DNA of 64,000 nucleotides, from NCBI GenBank assembly GCA_030324005.1, contig JARDVH010000163.1, positions 56,917,054 to 56,981,053 on the forward strand, in the 5' to 3' direction. Below, piece after piece: positions 53,330-64,000 of the stretch; position 1 is the first letter of the stretch, and each line of letters opens with the position of its first letter. Below the pieces are notes generated by a model that saw nothing but the letters and a program-made list of their open reading frames with translations, was not told the origin of the DNA and searched no databases. The position numbers and the translations under genes are program-made. The DNA comes from Negaprion brevirostris. Taxonomy: Eukaryota.

Positions 53330-54180
53330 ACGACGACCATCAGGTACCTATGAATTCTAAGCCCATGTCTTCCCTTTCATGGGATACATGAGCCAGTTTT
53401 TGTCCTACTCAAGTATCCTTTATTCCCTATTTTTCCAGTTTATTGCTGACTGGAATGGTGCCACTTCCTGCTTTCACCCTGAACTGGAAATGTTTTCAAC
53501 TTTGCTTCCAATTTACATTACTCCCTCATCTTCACCAGGTCTATATCAGCGCAGTTTCCTCTTTCAACTTCTCTGTCCCTATTTCTGTAGAATATTCACA
53601 CTAATATCAGCTCACCGAAACCCATAGTGATCTCAACTACAATTCCCCCGCTTTCTGCAACTGAATGATTCCATTCTCCCAGTTTCTCCCGTCTCTGTTG
53701 GCATGTTCCATAGCAGCGCTTCTACCATGTATTTCCTCAACTAGGATTCTCTTCCACAGTGGTTGACCAGTCCTCTGACCACGCACTTCCCATTTTCTGC
53801 ATTTCTGCTCACACCTCCCCCCCCACCAGACTCTACATTCAACAAATCATCTTCCACCATTTTCTTGTGATGCCAACCACAAACACATCACAGAACTGTT
53901 ATGGCTCAGAAGGAGGCCATTTGGCCCATCATGTCCACAGTGGCTCTCTAAATGAGCATAGTGACTGAGTACCACTCCCCAGTCTTTTCCCTGTACCCCT
54001 GCATTTTTTGCATTCAAGAAAACATCTAATGCCCTCTTGAATGCCTCATTTGAACCGACCGCTACCAGGCAGCGCATTCCCCTTCCTCCCACTATTAGCA
54101 TTCCAAAGGGACCATTCTCTTTGTAACTTCCTGGACCTCTCCTCAAATCACCCCAATACCCCTCCCCTTCCCATTGAAAT
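53330..54180 (+). mobile_element. Highly decayed Penelope-like family B RT fragment, with a CR1 tail inserted at about 53890-54050
   Basis: Similarity to 34040-34740 (CCATTCTCCCAGTTTCTCCCGTCTCTG; ATCATCTTCCACCATTT). Confidence 0.6.
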
Positions 54181-54189
54181 TTCGAAGAA

Positions 54190-56450
54190 GCAATGGTGTA
54201 GTGATATTGTCATTGAACCAGTAATCCAGAGAGCCAGGGTCATGATTTCGCAACCTGGGTTCAGATGGTGAAATTTAAATTCAATAAAAACCTGGAATTC
54301 AAAGTCTCATGATGACCATGAAACCATTATCAATTGTTGGGAAAAACCTATCTGGTTCACCAAGGCCCTTCAAGGAAGGAAACCAGCTGTCGTTACCTGG
54401 TCTGGCCTAAATGTGACTTCAGACCCACTACAATGTGACTGACTCTTAAGTGCCCTCTGAAATAGCCGAGTAAACCACTCAGTTGCATCCAGCTGCTACG
54501 GGGTGGGATTTTCTGACCGTGTTCACCTCAAGGCCTGAGGTTCCACCTGAAGTCAATGGACCTTTGCATGGTCTGCCTGCCGACAACCACCCCCCCATCA
54601 CCCCCCTCAACACCCCCAACCGCCATTCTGCCTGCTACAATTCCCATGGCAGACAGGGNNNNNNNNNNNNNNNNNNNNNNNNNNNNNNNNNNNNATCTAC
54701 AAAAAGCAATGGAAGTGCTTGGACTACATAGCATCAACCTAGGCTCTGGGAACAATAAAGGCAAATCCAACCAGGTCAACTTTGCAAAACCCTCGTTAGT
54801 AACATCGGAAATTGGGAGAGCTGTCTCAACCTGGCGTAGTCAGCATTGAATGAATAATACCTTACAATGTTCCTGACACCAGATCGCCATTCCTGGGTAT
54901 GTCCTGTCCCACCAAAGGACAGGCCTAGCAGAGGAGACAGCACACTGGTATACTGTAGGAGGAGAGTTACTCTGGGAGTCCTCAACACTGACTCCACACC
55001 CTACGAGGTCTCATGGCACCAGGTCAAACGTGGAAACAGATTACCACATACTGAAGACTTGTGCTCCAGAACTTGCTGTGCCCCTAGATAAGGTGTTGCT
55101 GTACAGCTACAACACTGGCATCTTCCCAGCAATGTGGAAAATTGCCCAGGCATGCTTTGAACACAAGAAACATGACCAATCCAACTCAGCCAACTACTGC
55201 CTCATCAGTCTACTCTCAGTCATCAGTAAAGTGATAGAAGGGGTCACCAACAGTACTAGCAAGCAGCATTTGCTTCGAAATAACCTTCTCTGTGATGCTC
55301 AGATTGAGTTCCATGATGATCACTCAGCTCCTGACTCATCACAACCCTGGTTCAAATATGAATAAAACAGCTGAACTCCAGATGTGAGATGAGACTGACT
55401 GCCTTTGACATCAAGACCGCAATTGACAGATGATGGCATCATGGAGCTCTGACAAAACTGGAATCAATAGGAATCGGGGGGACTCTCTGCTGTTTGGAGA
55501 TACACCTGGTACAAAAGAAGATGGCTGTGGTTGTGGAGAGTCAGTTACCTCAGCTCCAGGACATCACTGCAGGAGTTCGTCAATGGAATGTCCTTGGCCC
55601 AACTATCCTCAGCCGCTTCATCAAGGTCCATCATAAGGTCAAGAGTGGGGATGAATCAGTCTATGTCCAAATGCAGCAAAACCTGGACATTAGCCAGGTT
55701 TGGGCTGACAAATGGCAATAACATTTGCACCACACAAGTGCCAGGCAATGACTATCAACAGCAAGAAAAGATCTGTTACCACTTGAAACTCAATGGCATT
55801 GCCTTCTTTGAATCCCCAAATATCAACATCCTGTTACCACTGACCAGAAACTGAATTGGCTAAGTCATATAAATATTGTGGCTACAAGAGCAGGTCAAAG
55901 GCTCGGAATTCTGCAGTGAATAACTCATCTCTTGACCCCCAAAGCCTACAAAGGTACAAATCAAGAGTGTAATGGAAATAATCTCCATTTGCCTGGATGA
56001 CTGCAGCTTCAACAACACTCAAGAACCTTGACACCATTAAGGACAAAGCAGCCTGCTTGACTGACACCATATCCACAAACATTCAACCCTTCTATCAATG
56101 ACAAACAACTACAGCCATGTGTACCATCTACAAGATGCACTACAGCAACTCACAAAGGCTCCTTTGGCAGCACCTTCCAAACCCACCAGCATTACTCTCT
56201 AGAAGGACTAGAGCAGCAGACACCTTGGAACACCACCACCTGGAGATTACCCCCCCAAGTCACACACCACCCTGACTTAGAAATATATCACCGTTCCTTC
56301 ATTGTTGCTGGGTGAAAATCCTGGAACTCACTCCCCAACAGCACATTGGATGTACCTACATGTCAGGGACTGCAGCTATTGAAGAAAGCGGTTCACTACC
56401 ACCTTCCCAAAGGCAATTAGAGATGGGCAAAGAATGCTGGTCCAGCCTAA
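54190..56450 (+). mobile_element. L2/CR1-group LINE preceded by a tRNA-like head
   Basis: Head GCAATGGTGTAGTGATATTGTCATTGAACCAGTAATCCAGAG. RT motifs LKTCAPELAVPL, NYCLISLLSVISKVIE, ITAGVRQWNVLGP, VWADKWQ. Tail GGCAATTAGAGATGGGCAAAGAATGCTGG. Confidence 0.8.
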
Positions 56451-56859
56451 ATATTTCTAACATTTTTCTTCCTGCCTATCAGAGTTTCTTTAGCTTCTTA
56501 TTTCGACTGCAATCCAAGCTTTGATCGCTTTTCCATGATTCAAATGGTCACACCAAATGCTCTAGCTATCATCCTCTGTTCTGTTCACCTCTGTAGCAGT
56601 TCTGAACACAGCAACCATTCTCCATGAACAAATATAAATGACCCACTCATTCAGTCCCTCCTGTTTACCACAATNNNCTGACCTTCAAAATATCCGATCT
56701 CTTAGCAAGTTGGCCACCTCCACCCCACAACCTCATTCTTGGCGAGTTCCTCAGATGTCCTGAAACTGATAGAAAATCTCTGTCCCGGATTTCAATACAA
56801 CCACCCCTCCAAGTACTGCAGATCTCACTCCCAAAGTCCTGTTGAAGATTTCCCCTGAC

Positions 56860-57080
56860 CCTTGTATTCAGAATCAAGAGGCAGCTGGACAGAGTAGATA
56901 GGGAGTACCTGTTCCCACTCATAAAAGACAAGGGGGCAGATCATGTGTGATTTTAAAAGTAGCAAATATAATATGAGCAAAAGCTCTTTCATGCAATGAG
57001 TTGTTGGGGTCTGGAATGCACTCTCTGGAGACAGGTTCAATTGAGGCATTGATCATCTGAGTAGAAACAATGTGCAAGGA
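56860..57080 (+). mobile_element. CR1 3' fragment
   Basis: GACAGAGTAGATAGGGAGTACCTGTTCCCACT..GTCTGGAATGCACT pattern. Confidence 0.7.
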
Positions 57081-57620
57081 TTCCGCCTCAAACACGTGAA
57101 GTCTTCATGTGTAACACTGAAACTGACCCATTTAAATATCATCACATTGCCACCAGTTTTCTCTAACAAATTCATTGGAATTGCCAGTCTACAAAGCATT
57201 TGGACTGTTAAACACCAAGACTAAACAACAAAACATAGCACTGTCTCAAGATTTGAAACAAAATTTTATAAAATCATACGTTGCTGCATGGACCTGTTGC
57301 AGGAGAAAAGTTGCACTGGGGGTGAGACTTCTACATCATTAAGTACATATTAGCTTTTAACTGATGACTTGCAGTAAATATCTTGTCATTGCACCTGAAA
57401 AGGGCAATGACATCTCGCAAGAAACAGTTCTGTTAGTTAAACAGACTGCAACTCATTACTTCTCCTGTTGCAAGTGCTGCTAAAAAACTAACATGGTGAA
57501 TATAAAGTTACTTAAAAGATCTACTTGTAAAAATGGAAGCAGTGACAAACACAGTAGCTGTTGTAATATTATACTGTTCAAAGTGGCCATGTTGCAACTA
57601 GGTCTGTAAACAGTCTACTT

Positions 57621-57778
57621 AGAATCCCTCCAGTGCAGAAAGAGGCCATTCAGCCCAACATGCATGCACAGACATCAATCCAACCCAGGCCCTATCCCCA
57701 AAACTCTTTGTATTTACCCTGCCAAGCCCCAACATTAACAGGCCATTTAGCATGGCCAATCAACCTAACCCACACAGC
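57621..57778 (-). mobile_element. V-SINE 3' half
   Basis: AGAATCCCTCCAGTGCAGAAAGAGGCCATTCAGCCC..TTTAGCATGGCCAATCAACCTAACC. Confidence 0.8.
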
Positions 57779-58034
57779 TTAAGTTTTGTTATAAACTTAA
57801 AAAAGTTTTGTTATCAAGTTATGAAGTTATAAACTTCAAAAACAAATGTCAAAGAATGTATTGACTCAGTGAGGATACATTTGTTGTCATATTTGCCTAT
57901 CATCGTGCTGTATGTTTTTTATGAATATAGGTGTACGGTACATTGGAAGAGACCATTCAGCTCCACCAGCATTTACTGGTGTACATTGTGTGGAGAGTAA
58001 ATGTCAGCATTTAGCCTCCAAACAAGAAAATATT

Positions 58035-58105
58035 TGAATGGTGCCATGGGATCTTTTACACCAAGCTGAGAAGTAGGGGCCCAGTTTAACATTTCACCCA
58101 AAAAG
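58035..58105 (-). mobile_element. Deu-domain SINE remnant
   Basis: GTGCCATGGGATCTTTTACACC..GGGGCCCAGTTTAACATTTCACCCAAAA matches the recalled Deu core. Confidence 0.6.
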
Positions 58106-59464
58106 AACCGAGATCCCTTCCATGAAACCTTGAGAAAAAGAATGTGTGGGTGGAGAGGAGTAATAGGGACTAACTCAGACAGTGCTCCAGTCATTTATGT
58201 GCCTTAGTAGAGAACTCACTAGAATATTAATTTTCATAGCAAATAGGCTTCTTCCAGTTATGTCACAGAGACAGGACAAAGGGAACATTAGCTTGTATTT
58301 GTTTGTGCTTTGAATATTGCTAATGTTTCAGTTTGATGAACTAATTTGATGAAAGGTCATTGATCTGAAATGTTAACTCTGTTTCACAGTTATATCAGCT
58401 CACTTATTTTCAAGAACTATGTACATGGAAACCTGTAAAGTGGCATGTGCACTGTAACTCTGTAGCCTGCAGTGACCATGGAAAGCTTGTACACTCCTGA
58501 ACAATTCTATAATAATAGAAGAAATCTCCTGCGTATTATATCAGAGACATAAAAGTGTGTTCCTTAAAAACAACTATTGAAAAATAATCCTCCCAGATAA
58601 AATTGCCATGGACCAAATCATTGTTCCAAAGTCAAAGAATTTTACAGCACAGGAAGAGACCTTTTAACCCATCAGGCACGATTTGGTTCTTTGAAAAACT
58701 ATCCAGTTAATCCCATGTTACTACTCTCTCTCCAAAGCACTGTAAACTATTTATTTTCAACTGTATATCTAGTTACACATATTCTAAGCAATAATTGATT
58801 ATGGACAGTTTGCAATATATAATGTGATATCTGTCAGACTTTCCAAAAAACTGATTCAAAAAATGACAATAACGTATGTCAGTAGCAATTGCCTGAGGTG
58901 TCACAACGATAAATGTGACTGTCTGTAAGTTGGTCGACATTGCTCCACAAAGAACAAGCGATTGGTGACATCTAGTGACAGCTTTGAAACATTGCGCTGA
59001 CTTTCTCAACGCTGCACACTGCATTTTACAGTGACAAATCCTAAATACATTCTCATGGAGAATTTTTTGACTCGAAAAATAAACTTAGAGCCACTATGAG
59101 ATGTAAATGTGTGAAAGGTTAGCGGGTTCGGCAGGATTGTGGGGTTGAAGTTACAATCAGATGAGTCATGATTTTGTTGGGCTTGAGGGCCAAGTGGCTT
59201 ACTCCTGGTCTTAATTTGTATATTCACATCAATTGCTTGGTGTGCAGCGTTCCCTACTTCTTTTCCTTCTTCTCGCTCCAGTGTTAAGAATTGGGCAAAA
59301 TTCCTAAAAGCTACACTTGAAAAATGTATATTTTGGAAAGCATTTCACATGAGATTTTAATGACTCAGTCTGTAAGTTAAACAATACAAAAAAATTCTGT
59401 TGTTTAAAAAAACTGAAGAACTTCGGCAATTCTTGAGCATTCATAAATTAAATCCCTCTACCAG

Positions 59465-59597
59465 AGCTGACAAAGGGTCATCCTGACACAAAACATTAGC
59501 TCTGTTCTCTCTCCATAGATGCTGTCAGATCTGCTGAGATTTTCCAACATTTTCTGTTTTCATTTCAGACTCCAGCATCCACGGTATTTTGCCTTTA
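59465..59597 (+). mobile_element. Penelope-like family B terminus about 600 bp upstream of the KCNRG-like ATG
   Basis: Matches 35505-35625 and the reverse complement of 40860-40993. Confidence 0.8.
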
Positions 59598-60197
59598 TCT
59601 ATTGGTCCCATTCCTGCTGTAGGCAGCACCATTACTCCACTGGAAAAGTCAACATTTTACAGTCCACGAGTACATCTCTTTCTCTGGACCTCCATGGTCA
59701 TGTCCAGTCACAGGATCACAAAAGCACGATTGAATGCTTACCTGCCAATTGGTATTTAGAATAATAAATGCCATTAATTACTGTGTTAACCACATCAGCA
59801 GCTGACTAAACACTTGCCCTCTGTTTTCCCCAGCTATTAATGCTGAATAAGACACTTACAAAAAGCAGTGCCAAAAACGTCCATGAAACCCTGAAGGTTT
59901 TTACAATGTGATCACAACAGTGTGGGGTATTCTTTAAAAGTTCCCATGCCTTCCTTCACAATACCAGTTTACCAGGGGTGTGTCTGTTACTGTTTTTGCT
60001 TTGCATCTTAGCAACCAAGTAAAAGCGACAATCAAGAAAAAAAGTCTTCATCTGTAAGCACTCATTTTAATTGTTCCTATACCTTATTAATCAAGAATGT
60101 TCTAACTTTAGTTATCGAGCTAAAAAGGAATTCATTTGGTTCTCAAGGGTGGAACTTTAGCCTCCGACACATGACTCTCTGCATATTTCCATAGCAA

Positions 60198-60766
60198 ATG
60201 GACGAAGAACAGCAACCCTTAAAGTTAAACGTTGGAGGAAAGATTTTTGAGACATTTCCTGATACTCTTGCCAAGGTTCCTAGCAGCAAGCTGTGCAGGA
60301 TTCTCACTGGATCAGAGCCCTCCATCCAACAGATAGGGCCCAGGGAGTACTTCATTGACAGGAATGGCTCATTGTTTGGTTACATATTAGACTTCCTCAG
60401 GACATCTGAGTTACTGCTGCCCAGTGACTTCTGTGAGTATGACTCACTGATAAAGGAGTTTGAGTTCTATGAATTGGATCCAGTGTTGGGCACACTGGAG
60501 ACGGTGCAGAGGGAAAACAAACCAGAGATTCTGGAGGTACGCTACATTCGAAAGAGGATGGGAGCCTTTTTCAGAGTCTTTGGATCATCAGTGGAAACAG
60601 TGCTTGCACTTTCCAATCAGATAAGAATGCATGTGGAAAAACAGAGCTCCAACCCGCAGGTTTCCACTGAGAAGAAAAAACCGATCTCTGTCCAGAGTTT
60701 ATCATTCCATGACCTGGTTTTCCAATGTGGAGCTAAGCCCTATGTAAATGGAGAGCAGGTTAATAT
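60198..60766 (+). CDS. KCNRG: KCNRG-like potassium channel regulator (KCTD/T1-BTB family), first coding exon
   Basis: T1/BTB motifs LNVGGKIF, FIDRNGSLFGYILDFLRT and EFEFYEL, plus C-terminal motifs AFFRVFGS and HDLVFQCG that I recall as KCNRG-specific. In-frame TAG at 60192-60194 precedes the ATG. The ORF's apparent stop overlaps a perfect donor AT|GTAAGT (GT at 60767), so the exon is 569 nt and ends in phase 2. Orthologue versus paralogue is unresolved. Confidence 0.88.
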
Positions 60767-62004
60767 GTAAGTACTAGATTTAAAATTAAAATTTACACAT
60801 TACTTACAATACGAAGGTCAACGACTTAATTTTAAAAGACACCTGGTATATCAATATAGGGCATGGTATGACAAATAAGCTTTCTGCACAATATTTCTAA
60901 CAAGTGGTTANNNNNNNNNNNNNNNNNNNNNNNNNNNNNNNNNNNNNNNNNNNNNNNNNNNNNNNNNNNNNNNNNNNNNNNNNNNNNNNNNNNNNNNNNN
61001 NNNNNNNNNNCCCCCCCCCTTACCCCTGATCTTTTGGCTAAATGGCCTCTGTTTCCTCCAGCGGGATCAGCTGCCTGTTCCCCATTAGTGGGGGGCTATT
61101 GTAAACCCCAATAGAATGAACCATACCTGGTGGTGGGGTAGGTGGCGGGGATGGGGTGGTGGTTGGATGCGAAGACACTAGCTGGCCTGGAGACATCAGT
61201 CCTGGGCCTGTTAATCAGGTGTAATGGCTGATTGGCATATGCTAATTAACTCCGCACCGATTTCGGCTGGGAGTCTCGCAGATGCTGTGGCGTCCAGCAG
61301 GAAGCCCGCAAAATGGCCTCCACTGATGTGTCCCGGCCCACTGCACTTATCAAGCAGCACAACAGGCTGGGAAAATCAGCCCCGTGATCCTTGCAATCAG
61401 CTCTGCAATCAAGGATTGATTTAACGTCAAATATGAGGCAAAACCAACCAAACGGTCAACATCTGGTCTGCTAGATAATCAGTCATCCATCAAAGCCACC
61501 AGAGAATCTGTCATCTGTGGACCAGAAGGAGCTGGCTTATGCCTTACAGATTCTTACTCTGATACCCCTGCTCCCAATCCCTCACCACTGTCAATGTCCC
61601 AATCGCCACAGGATCTCCTTCCAAGATTTTCCAACCTCCCTGACTGTCCCCACATTCACTCCTGACCCCACAAGCCCCACTCTACCCAATCCCATGATGA
61701 TCCCTGTTCCTCTGTTGTCCCTCAGGAAGTCTTCCCCTGTAATCATTTCTATCCCCAACTATGAAGAATGCCATTATTCCTGAGCCTCCAGTCACTCTCT
61801 AGCCATGCTCTGCGAGCATCCTGACTTCCCCCCATCGCATTCTACCCAATTTCCATCTCTTCTCCTTCAATTGCTCACCGTCTCCCCTCACCCCCTCTCA
61901 CCCCACCAACCATTACCACTTGTCTAGGGCTGGGGCCTTTTGCAGGGCCTTCCCTTTCCCATCTAACAGTCAGGTCTGGTCACGTGGAATGTAGAGTTAC
62001 AACA

Positions 62005-62490
62005 TGGAAACATAGAAAATAGGTGCAGGAGTAGGCCATTCGGCCCTTCGAGCCTGTGTCACCATTAAACATGATCATGGCAGATCATCCTCTCCCACTT
62101 TCTCTCCATACCCCTTGATCTCTTTAGCCACAAGGGCCAATGTCTGGATTTCGCCACCGTGACTCCTTCCCCCCCAACCCTACCCTGCTCAAAATCCTAT
62201 CCCAGTAAAATAGTGAGGCCAATGATTCAATGGTTTGAGCTTTGATTTCTGAGTTTTTGATTTGATTTATTATTGTCACATACATTGGGATACAGTGAAA
62301 AGTATTGTTTCTTGCAGGCAATACAAAGCATACTATTCATAGAGTGCACTGGGGAGAAGGAAAGGAGAGGGTGCAGAATGTAGTGTTACAGTCAAAGCTA
62401 GGGTGTAGAGAAAGATCAACTTACTATAAGGTAGGTCCATTCAAAAGTCTGATGGCAGCAGGAAGAAGCTGTTCTTGAGTCGGTGTGTAT
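62005..62490 (-). mobile_element. CR1 3' tail (about 62005-62130) and Rex1 3' end (about 62255-62490) in the KCNRG-like intron
   Basis: The Rex1 part is the reverse complement of 13820-14030; the CR1 part matches 52885-52957. Confidence 0.8.
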
Positions 62491-62848
62491 GTAATCCAGA
62501 ATTATAATATAGTAATCATTATAAAGTATAAATTTTAAGAAAATGTTTGGAAACAAAGATTCACAAAATAAAAATATGTCAGAACTTCAACTTGAGTCAG
62601 AGAGTTGGGCTGTGCAGAACAGTGATGCACACGCATGAATGATTAAACTTGTTCACTGGTGCAGCGTCATAAAGTCAAAACCAATGTTCTAAATTTGAAA
62701 TGCGTCAATTCATAACATTGTAATTCAAATGTCAAAGTCGAAGACTGCCTGTAGTCAGATACCAACCAGCACCATCTTCAATGAAGAGACACTCAGACAA
62801 CAGGTTCATTCCCAGGTGGAGACATTTGGTCTGCACTGTTTTATTTAG

Positions 62849-62966
62849 TGATGCCAAGAAATCTTGTGGCTCAGGTTTACGCCCCTGTCAAAGACTCCAG
62901 GTTCAAGCCTTACTCCAGGAATTGTTGACCATGGAAGGATGTTCTCAATACAGTTCAACAAGTTGA
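62849..62966 (+). CDS. Candidate terminal coding exon of the KCNRG-like gene (weak)
   Basis: Acceptor CACTGTTTTATTTAG|T is phase-compatible with the 60766 donor and gives (I)DAKKSCGSGLRPCQRLQVQALLQELLTMEGCSQYSSTS*. VQALLQELLTMEG loosely resembles recalled KCNRG exon-2 VLGLLIDTLLKEG. Similarity is low. Confidence 0.25.
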
Positions 62967-63149
62967 TGATCAGACTGCTAATCCTTCCTAACACTTTCTC
63001 ACTTTGCCCCAAGGAGTAAAAGGTGTATATGAAAATTTGAAACACAAATTGGTGATGGCCGCTTTGACCACAATATACTCTGTTGCTGGCATGCACCTTT
63101 TTCACCAGATAAGGAAGACATGCTAATCGGCATCATGTGCATTCCATGG

Positions 63150-64000
63150 AATTACATTGTATTTACAATACTGAAACATTTCATTTGGCTCAACACGTCT
63201 ATCCTGGTGTTTAAGGTTAACACCAGCTTCCTGCAACCCTAATATTTACATAACTTCCTCTTAAATTAACCTATATTTGCCTCAACCACTCCATTTACAT
63301 TCTACATTCCACACTCTGTAGGAAAAAATTCCTTCTGAATTCCATATTAGATTTGTTTGGAACTACTTTATAATGTATGTCTCCCTAGTTTTAGACTCCC
63401 TCACGAGTGGAACAATGCCTATATAATTCCTCATTTTAAAGATTATTCAATTACCTTTCTATCTTATCTTTTCTCAAAAAAAGAGAGTGCCTATTTTCTT
63501 AGGGTTCTGTGATCATTCTCCTAAATCTTCCTTGCATTTTCTCTAGTGACTCCATTTTATTTTTGTAACTTAGAGTCCAGAACTATCCACAATACTCAAC
63601 TGTGAAGTAACCCAGTTACGTATAGAGGCTACGTGACAAGTTTAGCATAATCTTTCTGCTTTTGAAGTCTATTCCTCCAATGTTTGTTTGCATTTGTTAG
63701 GGCCTTTTTAATCCGCACTACTAATTTTAATGGTTGGATTGCTCTTCCTCTTTGCCCAATTTAGACTCTTTCTTTCAAAGAAGTATCTGACCTTTTTATT
63801 CCTCCAATCAACATTTCACCTCACACTTCTTTATATTTTAGTTAGTTTGCTGTTCTCATACCTATCTGAAAATTTGCTATCACTTTATTGGATTTTGTTA
63901 CAGTCTTCCTCAAGATTAACTGTAATCCACAATTTGGTTTTGTCCGTAAATCTGATCCGAGTACAAATCGCTTTTACAAGTGATGAGCGACAGTGGTCCC
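63150..64000 (-). mobile_element. Old CR1 LINE 3' region
   Basis: FTDKTK (FADDTK-like) near 63930-63950 and YCG*FWT (YCVQFWS-like) near 63575-63597 on the minus strand. Confidence 0.6.

Noticed and set aside
61128-61167. G-rich tract with quadruplex potential in the KCNRG-like intron
   Set aside because: Lies inside a MITE-like repeat next to a gap; such tracts are common here.

Overview
Eukaryotic, repeat-dominated vertebrate DNA with about 15 N gaps. The repeat set (HE1-type V-SINEs, Deu-domain SINE remnants, CR1, L2-like, Rex1/Babar, two Penelope-like families) points to a shark or other elasmobranch draft assembly. The only confidently recognisable host gene is the first coding exon of a KCNRG-like BTB/T1 protein (60198-60766, +), which ends at a phase-2 GTAAGT donor; a weak in-phase exon-2 candidate lies at 62849-62966. 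No TRIM13-like ORF, KCNRG's usual upstream neighbour, is visible in the preceding 60 kb. Almost all other listed ORFs are decayed retroelement fragments or chance frames. Noteworthy structure: Penelope-like elements with inverted termini, target-site duplications and minimal hammerhead ribozyme motifs; a clean TG..CA solo LTR inside a Rex1 LINE; a LINE carrying a tRNA-like head together with an apparent head+tail deletion derivative; a locally templated 46-bp inverted insertion; and several unassigned candidate exons. I found no convincing wholly new biological system. Repeat boundaries are approximate and family names come from motif recognition, not database searches.
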